Shown here: positions 1-12,781 of the stretch, in pieces
Numbering within the stretch: the stretch's first letter is position 1
Layout of the letters: every line of letters begins with the position of its first letter
Origin: Phoronis australis
Lineage: Eukaryota > Animalia > Phoronida
Direction: 5' to 3'
Assembly: GCA_002633005.1 (NCBI GenBank)
Contig: NMRA01000582.1
Coordinates: 162,610-226,609 of the forward strand
DNA: 64,000 nt
Position numbers and translations under genes: made by a program
The notes under the pieces: model-generated
Seen by the model: only the letters and a program-made list of their open reading frames with translations
Database searches by the model: none
Told to the model about the DNA's origin: nothing

Positions 1-175
1 AATGGGAACCCGACTTCGCGGCCCCCGACAAGTAAGAAGATTTTAAGTTTCGTGGCTAATTCACCAACATAATTACTTGCACATTACTTCTTTGGCTCAC
101 TGTTACAGGCTTTTCGTGACTGGAGGTTTAGTTTCCAACTGAAGCTGGTTTTATATTTGTGCCAGTCCCGGCGGT

Positions 176-275
176 CGCGACGGGCCTGATCGGGTTCCGA
201 GCCACTGGCTGGGATTACGAGTAAGTTCGACCGCGACGGGCCTGATCGGGTTCCGAGCCACTGGCCGGGATAACA
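176..275. repeat. 56-bp-period tandem duplication (2 copies), GC-rich
   Basis: CGCGACGGGCCTGATCGGGTTCCGAGCCACTGG starts at both 176 and 232. Confidence 0.85.
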
Positions 276-1329
276 AGCATTTTGTGTGTTTAGAACTCAA
301 AAAATCACAAGTCTAAAAAAACAGAGATCTAGGTTCTCCTGTCTGTATTTCACGGAAGAATACTTCGAATTTATCTCCGAACAGACCCCAAACTCCTGCT
401 ACGGACCTTAGTAAATTGGCTTGCCGAACTTAGTAAGCAACGGTGTGTCCAAATACCAGTAAATCCGTAACAGCAAAATAAAACAACACGTTTTTATAAG
501 TATTCGGTGTATTTTTAAGGGTTTTACATAGAAATTTGATGATTTGTTGGTGTTAAACGATGAATTCAAGCGATAAGCTGACACCAGTAACCCGTGTTAA
601 GAACTGCTGAACAGACTGTGCATGAAAGCGATGACGTCATTGGATTATTGCAACACCTCAGTCTGCCGTCAGGTGTCAGGTAACGCAACGGAACGTGCCG
701 TTATCGAGTAGAGCTACTCGATCCAAATTGATACAAAATAGGTTGTTTTTTGGGTCGCATTCTCCTTTAAGGCTTGTATAGGTTATGTGTACCGAAAACA
801 AGTTTTCACCGAATAATTAACCGAAGACTTGAGATTTTCACTTGTCCCAGTTTAATCGGCTTTTTCTCGGCTTCGGCAAATCGACTTTATTTGAACTTAG
901 GAACACGAGCTCTGGAAAACGGCTCTGTGGATTTCTCTGAAACTTTCCAACTTAAATATTTAGTCGTTAGTCTCAAAAACACTGTTAGGATTTTCGATAG
1001 AAGAGCCTATTCTTTGCTTAATATAATAAAAACGAATACGACTTCCGTTATTTACAAAGATACCTTACGTTTTGCGAGTTGATTTGTTATAGAAACCGAA
1101 ACGAAAAGATTAATCGAAAATTCTTAACAGCGTAACTGGAGAACCTTTCATTTAAGAAAAGTTTCATTAAAGTCGACCGAGGGGTTATTTTGCTATGAAT
1201 GTACCTTTCAGAAAAATGAAATTTTGACTTAAAAAAGATTTTGACGTAAAAATAATTATGGTACATTTATTCAAAAAGTATCTTCATATTTTCTAATCTT
1301 TTTTTTTTTCTTTCAGAAAATACATACTT

Positions 1330-2030
1330 TTACTAGTTGACAAAGCTTAGATTTTTGATATACGAGTTAAAATAAAGGACACTAAATAAGGTTGGAGATA
1401 ACCTTAATGATCTTGCTATTGAAATGAAAACTGAACAGGGAAGTGATATTCAACGTGACCCCGCCATTGAAAATGTGCTTTTACTACTATATGCTGACGA
1501 TGTTATTCTAGTTGGCTACTCTATTGTTGAGCTACAGAGACGATTGGATGGGCAAGAAAACTATGTTTAAAGTGGAATGAGTCTGTAAACATCCATAAGT
1601 CAAACATAGTTTACTCAAGAAAGGTGGACATTTGAAAAGAACAGAAAAAACGTTACATGAGTGTTGAGTTGAAGACTTACAGTTATACAAATATTGAGGG
1701 ATTGTATTTTCTAATTGATGAAATTGGACAACGTACTGAAGAACACTCGCACAAAAGGCAAGCAAAGAAAAGAAATGAATTTGGCAAAACATTTCCTGTG
1801 TTGGATGGGACCAAGGAAAAATCCATTGTTAGATTTTAAGTTGCCTGACACAATGATGGCACCTACTTTATAAGGGATACTAGCCATAGAAAAAAAGAAA
1901 ATGTTCAAACAACATTCTGCAAATGGTTACTGACTAACAACACCATGACAAAGGGAGAGTGTGTCCATCATGAGTTACGTGTGTCACGTGTATTGGTCGA
2001 TTAAATATTTTTTGAAAATATTGAAAACGC
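1330..2030 (+). mobile_element. Highly decayed non-LTR (CR1/L2-group) reverse transcriptase fragment
   Basis: TTACTACTATATGCTGACGATGTTATTCTAGTTGGC (~1481-1516) encodes LLLYADDVILVG, the RT YADD motif, followed by LQRRLD; many stops and frameshifts. Confidence 0.7.
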
Positions 2031-2289
2031 CACTAAGTAACGCGTAACGACAGAATACAACGAGGAACCGGAAAGAAGTGTAATAGAAACCGTCACTCGA
2101 ATACTAGAATTTGAACATACTGACGCAAAACAATGTTTTTTTTTCATTTTATATGAAAGGCAATTGCATGATCAAAATAACAGGTGTACCCGTACTAAAA
2201 TTTGTAGTATACTACTGGTTTCGGTCATGTATGGTTGTACCAGAGACTCTTCGACGAACAATATTTTTGTCGAAAATGAAACAAGGACT

Positions 2290-4260
2290 GAGAGATGGCG
2301 GTCTCAAACAGGCTCCACATTTTCAAAGTAACAATTCGAATTGCAATCCAACAGTGCTGAATTGCCGTAGTCTTTTGCGTCTCTAGTTTTTTCTTCCAAC
2401 AAGGAACTACTTGGTGCACTTTGTATTCATACGCCAATTTGAACAAAAAGTTGTGTATGAAAAAACAACGTTCATTAACTTTCAGTTTACCGTGGAATCC
2501 CAGCAATCTAAAATAATGGGACTCGGAGCCCTAAGAACTCCAAGTAACTGCTGAGCTTGGGGCTACGTGGACCAATCTGCAAAAATCTTCATTTCTTCTA
2601 CATCAGTTTGGCGAATGTTGTGCATGCAAAAAGTAGAGACGTGGAACTGAAGGTAAAGTACAAACGCTTTGTCTTGCTTTATTAGAATTGTATGACGTCT
2701 TTTGAAGATTCATAATAGAGATTTCGCAAAGTGACGTGAACGTGAATTATTATGCATACTTAAATGCATGTGCCGATTCACGTTACAGTAACAAAAATGG
2801 GTTTTGCAATAAGAAGATGTATACGTGAACGTGAAATTATACGTGAACTGAATAACTGAGCTCAAGGTGTCCAGTTATTGTAGGCCTAGTACATGAGAGT
2901 TATTTTACAGAAAAACTCTGCCAATTCAACTTTTTTACGTGAAAAAAGTCGTTTCTACGAACTCCTGCGATAAATGGTTAAGTCTTAGAACGCGAAATTT
3001 ATTTGAAGTTTAAAAATAGATGCATGTAAATTAAGCACGTAAATATTATATCTGGTAAAAATCCATTCAAGTCGGGATTACGCCACGTCGCTTTCCGAAA
3101 CCTCTCTAATAGGGAGGTGAACGTGAATTATCATGCATTTATAATACCGCGTCATACATGCCATTGTTGGCTGTGACTTTCACGATAGTGTTTGAGTATT
3201 TTACGCAAATACAGGGAGATTTGCGTCACTTTAAGCGCAAAACCTGTGGCCCCTTTTTAATTCATATTTGGTATGACATCGAAAAGATTTTTATTTGGAT
3301 ATGGCTCTCAATTTTTCATCTTTGCTTCATTATAAAATGAACACGATTCTTAGAGTTTAGTTGCAAGACAACACTTTTTCCAAAATCCTTACTCTGCAGG
3401 GGTTCGCTGGATATCACAAAACAAAAATAGATTTTTAACAGATATGATCTTGTGTTGTTAAAGTTTTTTTTTCACATGCTTAATTTACGTGCATCTATTT
3501 TTTAAACTCCAAATAAATAAATTTAGCACTCTGAGAGTTGACCATTTTTCACAGGTGCTCGTAGAAACGACTTTTATCACATTCAACATATATTTCTACA
3601 GTATCTACCGGATATGTACTGCGATAACTGGACACCCTGAGCTCAGTTATTCAGTTCAAGTTTACTTTCACGTTCCCGTAAAAATTATCAGTTGCGAAAC
3701 CCATTTTTGTTACTGTTACGTCAATTGGTACACGCAATTACGTATGGGTCCTAATTCACGTTCGCGTTGTTTTGTGAAACCTCTCTAATCTCTACGACTA
3801 AATTTACGGCCACTCTACATTTCACTAGCAAAACCTAACTGAAAACTTGTTAGTTTTGATCTCAAGGGTTCCAGTTTTTGTTTCAAAATCGTTTTAAGGA
3901 ACGAAACTGAGTTTTAATAAGGTGGCGTACATTCAATTTTCATTTTCAAAATCGTCTTTTTGGAACTGCTCCCGGCCTAGGATTGAGTAGTGTGAAGCGT
4001 CAGTTTTGGTTTCAAAATCCTTTCCTGGAAATACCTCGGTATTGTGTAGTTGACGTACTCCAGATTTAGCGCGGTAACAAAACAATGTTGTTTTAATGCA
4101 GCATGACGAATCATGTTTGGTTTCAAAATCACACCTGTGGATTTCTTATTTGCAGACGTTTAAATACTTCATTGTTCAGAAAAGCATGTCATGTGCCACT
4201 ATGTTTAAATACTACCTTATTCAGAGAGGCATGTCATGTGTCACCATGTTTAAATACTAC
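2290..4260. repeat. Dispersed non-coding repeat with a long internal inverted repeat (copy 1)
   Basis: Homologous to ~44750-46185. Arms ~2715-3050 and ~3480-3790 are reverse complements (e.g. GAGCTCAAGGTGTCCAGTTAT vs ATAACTGGACACCCTGAGCTC). Confidence 0.8.
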
Positions 4261-4269
4261 CTACTAGCA

Positions 4270-5030
4270 GGTCTTATTTCCTCACATGGAATGTTAGATT
4301 ATTTCATGTAACAGGCCTCCGGCCCACATTACAATATATAACACAAAGAGAGTACAATAATTTTCAAGTCTAAATTAATTCATATCAACGAACTCATTCC
4401 GGCGTTTCTCCGCATTAATTAAATATCTAGCAACTTTTCTCAGAACATTTAAGTCATGAGTCTGTAGAAAATTTCTGAATACTATATATTCCACCTCATC
4501 GTACCTTCCGCACTCGTAAATCCGAATGTAAATTGCATTCGAGAAGAAAGTGAAATTCTGTTTCCACTTTCCCACTGTCACAGCAGGGACCTAATCTGTC
4601 TTCTCTGTCAAATCCACTGAACCTTCGCTGGATAATCATCAATGAATGTGCGGAGTATCTAAACCTTGCAAGGGCTATTCTATGAAGTCTATTTTCTAAA
4701 CATGTTACGTATTTTTCTACTACAAAGATTGAGAAAAAATATTGTTTCTCCAATCCTGGATGTCAATATCAAAGCATCGTTGTTTAAATTCACTTATAAA
4801 TGAAGCAGCATCGCCCACACCTTGTTGTATCCAAACAACTCTAAAACCATAAGCAAATAACAATTGCAAGACTTATTTTGCTCAGCCATTTCATATTGCA
4901 CATTGTAGCATACCCTAACATAACGATGGCTTAGTAAATTGACAATTTTTTTAAAAAATACTGGTTAAAACCAGTATTTAACAATTCTCAATAATAGGTA
5001 TACCTTCATTGTCACTCTACCAAGCTCTCC
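4270..5030 (-). mobile_element. 3' fragment of a non-LTR retrotransposon (CR1/L2 group)
   Basis: ORF 4496-4753 reads HRIALARFRYSAHSL...EDRL.PCC....VETEFHFLLEC, a typical LINE ORF2 C-terminus; GELGR motif near 5030. Confidence 0.8.
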
Positions 5031-5114
5031 CCTCACTGCAGCGTTTGAGACATGCTGATCAAGTCCTTACAAAAATTTGCAAAATTTATTTTGTACGATT
5101 TCAATGTCTTGTGC

Positions 5115-7215
5115 GGGGTGAAATCCCCAAATCTCAGAACCATATAGAGGTTTATATTATAAGCTTCCTGATGTAACCCATACAATCTCGGAGCTACATA
5201 CTGACATCTTAAATGTGCAGGAAACTTGGCTGGCACCTGAAATTTTAAATGAGGAAGTAAATATCCGTGGCTATGTCGTTGAGCGATTGGAGAGAGCAGG
5301 TGATAGATACGGAGGAGTAGTTACATATGTCAAGAACAATATACCGTACATCAAGAGAAAAGAGCTTGAACATGATTGTGCTTGCAGAATGAGTTTAATG
5401 GTGCACGACCTATCATTGTTGCTAATGTTTACAGACCCCTAGGGCAACTCTTACTGAGTTGCTCACTGATTTTGAGTCATTGTTGTGTAAACTTGAGCAA
5501 GAGGACCATGACATGGTACTCATGGGTGATTTTAATGTAAATTTTAACGACAGAGATCAAAATGGGCTTATTGAGCTTATGCGAACTAAAAACCTGAGAC
5601 AAGTGGTCGGTGAGCCTACCCGAGTAGCTGAAACATCGTCTCTCATTGATCATGTGATCATGTACATGTCTCTGCTCCTGAATATGTAAGGAGTGTGAAT
5701 ACATTGAAAAATTGTATGAGTGACCACTACCAAGTGTGTGTGGTGAGGAAAATGTCGTTTGGCAGGAAATTTGCCCATACCACAATTACTGGTCGATCAT
5801 TTAAAAAATTTAATGAAGATGATTTTCCAAGGATATGGAGCGTGTCCCTTGGTCTGTAATTGAGTCTTTTGACGATGTTGATGATGCCCTTGATATGTGG
5901 TTAAAGTTTTTTGTGAGCATTGTTGACAAGCATGCACCCAAAACTGAGAAACGGGTTAAGCGGCAACTTATAAGCCTGAATGGATGGACGAGTCTATTAT
6001 TGAAGCCATGAATCTTAGAGAAACGTCAAAAAGACAGCGTAACATCATTCAGTACAGAGTGCAGAGAAATCTTGTTACTCAAATGATTCGTGAAGCAAAA
6101 AGTGCATACTACAAGTCAATAATCGAGAAAAAATTGGATAATCCAAAGGAGTTGTGGAAACATTTGCGTGAGATAATTCCTAAAGAGTTTTTGCCTTCAC
6201 CTAGTATGTTGCATGATGGCGAGCGACAAATCTTTGATAAAAGTGATATGGCTGATTCATTCAATAATTTTTTGATAGGGATTGCAGCAGAGCTAACCTC
6301 TGAACTTGATAATGCAAACTGTTCATTTGACAAATTGAAGGAATTTGTAAATAGAAAATTAAATGATGACGTGTGTGAATTTTCTATTCCCTTGATTACA
6401 ACTGATTTTGTCGAGAGTTTTCTGAAGAATATGAATACTTGAAAAGCTACTGGAGTTGACAAAGTGACTGCGAAATTATTGGAACTCTCCTGTAAGGTGA
6501 TAGCCCTCTCCAGTGCGTACATTGTTAATCTTAGTATTAACACAAATAAGTTCCCCGCTGTGTGGAAGACAGCAAAAGTCTCACCACTCCACAAAAGTGG
6601 TGGCACTTCTGATGTCAATAACTACAGGCCTATATCTTCGTTGCCTATTCTCTCTAAAATTATTGAAAAACACGTGCACAGTTCATTTTACAAGTATCTA
6701 ACTGAACATGGTCTTATTACTTCAGCTCAGTCTGGTTTCAGAGAAAGTCATTCTTGCGAGACTGCTCTCTTTAACGTTGTCAATAACTGGGCAAAACAAA
6801 TGGCTAAGGCCTTATGACTGCCATTTTATTAATTGATTTTAAGAAAGCGTTTGATTTAATGGAGCATGAAATTTTAATTAGGAAACTGTCTCTTTATAAT
6901 GTATCTGTGGAGGCACTTTTATGGTTCAAGTCTTATTTACATAAGAGAGCCCAATTGGTATCCCTGAGGGGCAAACTTTCGAGTCCACTTGAAATAACAC
7001 TCGGAGTGCCCAGGGGATCTATATTGGGTCCTCTCCCATTTTTAATTTTTATACATGATCTACCACTGTACATGAATGATCACACTGATATGTATGCGGA
7101 TGATTCCACTCTTCATTATACCAGTAACTATATTGGGGATAATGAGCATACACTGCAGAATAACTTATACAGACTGTAAGAGAGGTGTAACGACAATAAA
7201 ATGATAATTAAAGCA
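5115..7215 (+). mobile_element. Decayed CR1/L2-group LINE ORF2 (AP endonuclease + RT)
   Basis: QETWL, GGVVTYV, MGDFNV, SLIDH (APE) then WKTAKVSPLHK, NYRPIS, DFKKAFD, GVPRGSILGP, YADD (RT), spread over frameshifted ORFs. Confidence 0.93.
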
Positions 7216-7866
7216 AAGTTTAACTTACAAATAAATTTCAACTCAAATTCTGACGAAAATACTGAAAACAGAAGGTATGCTCCCGAAGCCTGTAGCTGTT
7301 TCAAAATACAAATTGAACTGCTGTGTCATGCAGGCTGCAAAAATTCATTCATAAAAATATTTGCTAACATTTCTGTGCATGTTACCCAGACTTTGTGGCT
7401 GATGCACGTTCAGACGCTTCTTTAAAATGCTCCTTGCGCGCTGTTCTTATCATTTTTAGGTAGAAAGTATTCCGAAAATTATCACAAAATTGACAAAAAT
7501 ACAGTGTTTACAGCAGCTACAGTTTAGCTTTTGGGCTCTGCGTATTTTGATTGTTTTGAGAACGAGTTTAAAAATTGGTGAGGTGCAATAAGTGACCAAA
7601 AGGAGGCATGCATTGGTAATGTATATTGCTTTCCCAATCCCAAATATATTGTACCAAGCTCGGGACTTTTTGTGACTTACGTGTTCTGTTCAGGTGCAAA
7701 ATTTCAGGGTATATTGTCACCACTATTTTTATTTCACTTTTTTGTTTAGTTTTGAAAACGCATATCATAGCATTGTCATGTAAAAGTATTGCACACGAAG
7801 TTGAACCCAAAGTGATGCTATATATACAATCACGTTTCTGCTGATTGTAATGTATTGTGTGCACGG

Positions 7867-8078
7867 GAGGGAATTTCGGCGAGAAAGAAGGCATCTGTTT
7901 TCAACACGCGTTGAATACGGAAAACGCGTTGAATACGGAAAACGCGTTGAATACGGAAAACGCGTTGAATACGGAAAACGCGTTGAATACGGAAAACGCG
8001 TTGAATATGGAAAAGTAGTTCTTCCATATTCAACGTACGTTGAATACGGATGCCTTCTTTCTGGCCAAAATTCACTCT
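7867..8078. mobile_element. MITE-like element: ~50-bp terminal inverted repeats enclosing an 18-bp tandem array
   Basis: GAATTTCGGCGAGAAAGAAGGCATC (7871) vs GATGCCTTCTTTCTGGCCAAAATTC (ends 8073); about 6 copies of ACGCGTTGAATACGGAAA. Confidence 0.85.
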
Positions 8079-9016
8079 TATTCCAAGCTACACGTCTGCT
8101 TCACATACGAGAAACCCTTGCTTCCTAGTTTTCTTCAAAGAGTTAACAGCGGTGCATCTGTTCTGTACGAAATACTAAAAAACTATACCACACCAGAGAA
8201 GTACCTGTGAATATTTTGACTTTCAGAATGATGTTCAGTGAAAGTACGTGGAATGGCCAGTGGGAGGAGCCACTTGCTGATGATGGAATCGTTGACGTCG
8301 ATGCGCTGGATCACGAGAAGGGGAACCAACAGCTGCAATATGCTGGTGAGAAACGTATGGTTCATTGTGGCATTCCGTAGACGGAAATGTAAGATGATGC
8401 AAGTATTTGCAAGGTATCGCATTGCATTAGAAGCAAAGAATGCCATCACGCTGTCTTTTCTCGCGAATTTCTTGTGTCAACAGAATGGTCACCAGATGTC
8501 AAGGGCCATGTGCTAAAGGTTTAAAAAGGAACAACTTGTTTACAGGATTAACTTTGAATGAAACGTTTTGTTATTGTTAGTGTTTTGGCTTAATTTCGTT
8601 CACCTTGTCTGGGAACCTATGTTGCTAAAAATCACCATTAGTTTTATCGAAACTGCCATCGTTCATTTTAAATGCACGAGCCTCATTTCATCAAAGAACT
8701 TAGTTATGTGTCCGTGAATTTGTATTGTCATTGAAGGTTGACTTTCAACTGAAACGTGAACTATGACGACGTGTGCATGAGTGGCATTTTTTAACCTTAC
8801 AAATAGGCAGTGTCACCTTCACTAATACATCCTACGACCGTCTAACCAACGACTTAACTTGCGATCTTTAATAAAATGTCTCCAGCGCCATTGTATTGTT
8901 AGTGTTGTTCGTACGACTGTGTTTGGTTGGAACCTTTCCGGTTCCGTCTCGTCATTGTTAATGTCGTCTACATAATAAACTGATAACTTTTGATACATTG
9001 TTTATCTTATCTGGCG

Positions 9017-9026
9017 TGGTGGCAGC
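9017..9026 (+). other. Putative primer binding site (tRNA-Leu complementary)
   Basis: TGGTGGCAGC lies directly after the 5' LTR remnant and is complementary to the 3' end GCTGCCA-CCA of eukaryotic tRNA-Leu. Confidence 0.6.
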
Positions 9027-10703
9027 AACATGGCTTCAACCCGAGCTCTGAAACAGCGGCTGCTCACTAAAAATGAGACTATAACCTCATTTGATAGCTA
9101 GAGGCAAAATTTGTTGTACATACTCTCATTAGACAAGCTTCTGGAACTGCAACAAAAATTCAACAAACTGGACCTACTGGGTGTATTAGCTTGTCCAGAG
9201 GATGTTGGTGTTACAGTACAATATCTTAATCCTTCGTTTCTAGTCAAGAAATCCCACGGAGGTTTTCGTTTAGTTACAGCATTTGCACACGTCGGCCGGC
9301 CGGTACGCTAAGCCGCAACCATCTCTCATGCCTGACGTAGATTACGTGCAATGGAAGTTCATCATCAATCACTTATCTTACGATGCCGTCTATAAAATTC
9401 CTTTGTCACGTGATTCCATGAAATATTGTGGCGTATCCGCACCTTTCCGAGGTATCCCTGTCTGCGCATGTTGCGCCATGGGTATGCCCGCTTCGAAACC
9501 GCTTTGGAAGAGTTGACGTTTCGTGTATTGGGCGAGCTTTTAGGAGCCGTCACCAAGCTTGGCGGTGACTTATACTATGGTGGACAGACTATCACAGACT
9601 TGATTACCAACTGGAAAAAGGAGCTGTCTGCATTTTCCACAGCCGAGCTCCGTCTATCTTTTAGGAAGACAGTCATAGCCCCACGACGCACAGAAGTCCT
9701 CTGCTGGATTTGGGAGATGGTTACTTTACAACTCACATCGGATAGCTGCTCCCTCGTCTTGTCCCAAACCTGGTACTGTTCGACAAATAAGATCCTTCAT
9801 CGGAGCCGTGAAAGCTATGTCAAGAGTCATGCTTTACTGTGCATCTTTCATCGCCCCACTGGACACCGCTATATATGGGTACGAATAAAAAACTGCATTA
9901 CTTGGACCGATGAGTTACATGTTGCCTTCACCTCGGCCCAAAAGGCATTGTTCACGCATAACACTATCACTCTACCCCGATCGGACAACCAGCTATGGAT
10001 GGTCACGGACCTCTCCGCCAAACACCAAGGCATCGCTGGTACGCTATGTCTGTCTCGTGAGGGCACGCCAAATTTTCTTCTTCAGTGCGAAACTGGATTT
10101 CCGAAAGGTTACTTCACTCCCATGTGAAATTGAGGCTCTCGCTTTTGCTTCCTCCGTGAAACATTTTAGCCCCTATCTCATTCAGTCGGCACATCCTGCT
10201 ATCATTCTTATAGACGGCAAGCCTTATGAACAATCTTTCTAGAAACTCTGCAGAGGCGAATTTTCAGTCAGTCCTCGTGTGTCGACGTTTCTGTCCACCG
10301 TTTCTCGCAATCATGCTATCGCTTGTCACGTATCTGGTGCCACTAACATCGTCTCCGACTTCCCGAGTCGCCAAAGCCAAGAGTGCACCGACGCTTTTTG
10401 CAAATTGTGCTTTTTCGTGAACGTTCTGGTCGTTCTGGATATCCATTCAGTCTGATTCTCCCAAGTTACGGTTAGTACACTCTCATCTCTCCCAAGTGAC
10501 GCGGTCCTCAAAGAAAGTAACCAATGCTCGAGATGTCAAAAGCTATCTCAACGTCGCCATTATCGCGTCAGACGGTTTACATGTGGTTCGGTGCGACAAG
10601 CCTCTTATAGCTCGTGAAGAACGCGTCATCTTTCCACGTCCCATCTTGGACGTCTTACTCACGGCACTTCACTAACGGTTGGATCACCCCACCTCCCATC
10701 AAC

Positions 10704-11313
10704 AACGTCATTGCGGAAGGTAGTGGCTGCCACCATGTATACACAAGCAGTACGCGGATGGAGTTTGAGGCTATACAACGTACCCTAACCAAGCTGTCAC
10801 TCCTAGACCTGGAGAATCACACCATTATCTTTGCCACCGATTCCATGGCAGTGATGATGAAAGTTCAATCTATAAACCTCCCAGCCAACTGGGGTGTCTT
10901 CCGATCACGCCACCCTCATCATGTAGTGATCTGGTCTTTCGTACCTGGCCACGCCGGTGTCTTGATTAATGAGCGTGCAGATTACCTCGCTGCCTCATGC
11001 ACCACCAACCAACCCCTCTACTTATATTCAGCCGACGTTAAGCTGCTGGCCCGCAAACGCAACCTCGAGCAGACTGCATCCCAACTGTCTGAGTTCAATG
11101 ATGGCAGCTTACTGCTCGAAGCCGGTATTATTTATGGCCATGCTGGGAAGAGTCACAAGAAGAGCCGTGCCCGAGTGCTGTCAAATCAAATGCTTACAGG
11201 CAACGTCAGCCCTGGAGTTCTGCGCCTTCTGCTGTCACGGGGATGGTCTGGGGAGGGGAATAATGCACCAGCATATCCCCAATGATCCTGTCCGTGACAG
11301 GTATTACAGGTAT
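10704..11313 (+). mobile_element. 5'-truncated RNase H-encoding LINE fragment inserted in the Gypsy integrase
   Basis: STRMEFEAI..IFATDS..WSFVPGHAGVLINERADYLA is a non-LTR/cellular type RNase HI; stop at 11283-11285; short tandem tail ACAGGTAT x2. Confidence 0.75.
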
Positions 11314-12641
11314 GTTGCGTACGCGTGTGCCATATGTGTTGTTCAATGCGCCTTGACCCTGCAGAGTGCCTCTGATACACCTGCCGCCGTTGGGACGTCG
11401 TTTGCAGCTGAAGTCATGAAGCGCGAGCGGCTGCTCATTTTCGTACTCCGAGCGGCTTGTATCATTACTACTGAACCACACGAAATGGTCTTCTCCAAAT
11501 GTGTTTCGAATTGCGGTCGTTAGATGGCCCTCACGCAGTTATCCGTTCAGATCCGGCCCAACAAAAAGACAAACTCCTTGAACATCATCGCATTTTAATT
11601 GAGATCGCACACATCAAGAATCCCAACAATAACTCTGTTGAAATGAAAACCATACAGGATTTGTCACACTAATTACTGTGTGATCAGCATAGGTACCGAC
11701 ACTGTCAGTTCCTTACAGCTGGCCGTTGCGGTTGCTCGATTGGACAGCTGTCTTCGCTCCACCGGCTTGTCCGCCAGAGATATATGGTTTTAGCGAGACC
11801 AGTTCACCAATTGTCAAATACCAGTTCATGATAACTTGTTGATCTCTTCCCAACGTCAACGGCGCTCCATCAACCATGGACCCAGTGCGCGATCCAAGGC
11901 TCCTTTGGCCAACCAGGCAGTAAAATGCAACGCATCCCTAGTTGACCTAATTTACCTCTCCAACAGGGACAAGTCCAGAGCCCGTCCACGATACCTCGTA
12001 GTTGCTTCTGGTGGCGTGTGTTTTAGTGTTCGGAAAGTTTCTGGAGACCAGTTACGTAATGCTTCTTACCGTGTCAAACGCAGCGAGTATTATCGTGTTC
12101 CGTCAGAGGTTACTGGCATCCCAGCTGCTACATCTGTTACTGAAGCTTGTGACCACGATGATGGTGCCGTGTTCCCACCGTCTTCAGCTGTTCCTGTATC
12201 CGTTTTGTCGTTGCATGCCTTTGCCTTCGGTCCACCTCCATGGTACATCAACGGTTTACCACTTTCACGTGGCCCACTTGTCGTCTCACCATTGTCACCC
12301 ACAATCGTTCCTCCCCCTGATGCATCCCCCAGAATGGTTCTACGACAACGCCTGCCGTTAAAGTCCCCATCTTCCCTGATCGTTCAGAGGCCCAGAGATC
12401 GCGAGGGCAGCGCCACAAAGCTCGTTGGCAAACGTGCAATTGGATTTATGACTGATTTTATTCTTTACTGTGTTAACTTCCTTCAACGCCATAGTATCTG
12501 TGAATCTTATTAGCTCTGTGTTTATTATTTTTTGTTTTCAACTTTACCCGTTCTTAGTGTAAGTTTGGCTCATTCTCTGTGACGCCATTGTTCGTACGAC
12601 TGTGTTTAGTTTCGATACATTGTTCACTTTATCTGGCGCAG

Positions 12642-12781
12642 GTTCCATCATTTTTGGAAGAGCGAGTGCTCTGCTTGGGACCTCGATGGCTAGATTGTGG
12701 AGCCAAATACAGCCCCTCCATTGACAAAACTTCCCATTGAGGTTAAAATCCCTTTAAACTCGTGCAGCACGTTGGCAACAG
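12642..12781 (+). pseudogene. Candidate upstream exon of the tandem-FYVE gene, containing an in-frame TAG
   Basis: Frame reads FHHFWKSECSAWDLDG*IVEPNTAPPLTKLPIEVKIPLNSCSTLAT and ends in phase 1 (G|GTTTTA), matching the next exon (GA ATT). Donor is weak; TAG at 12691-12693. Confidence 0.3.

Larger units (their letters stand above)
8877..12640 (+). mobile_element. Decayed Gypsy/Ty3-type LTR retrotransposon (gag start, RT, RNase H, integrase) with LTR remnants
   Basis: Terminal sequences CGCCATTG..TTCGTACGACTGTGTTT..GATACATTG..ATCTGGCG shared at ~8886-9016 and 12583-12640. PBS-like TGGTGGCAGC at 9017. gag start MASTRALKQRLLTKNETITSF; [19 protein letters not shown]; RNase H LWMVTD..CEIEALA; integrase FAAEVMKRER. 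Confidence 0.88.

Noticed and set aside
7906-8012. CRISPR-like regular repeat
   Set aside because: Units are head-to-tail with no unique spacers, no cas genes, eukaryotic context; it lies inside a TIR element.
7830-8128. ORFs with RVEYGK / RIQRVF repeats
   Set aside because: Translation artefacts of the 18-bp array.
8183-8516. Short overlapping ORFs upstream of the Gypsy LTR
   Set aside because: No recognisable domain or consistent splice structure.
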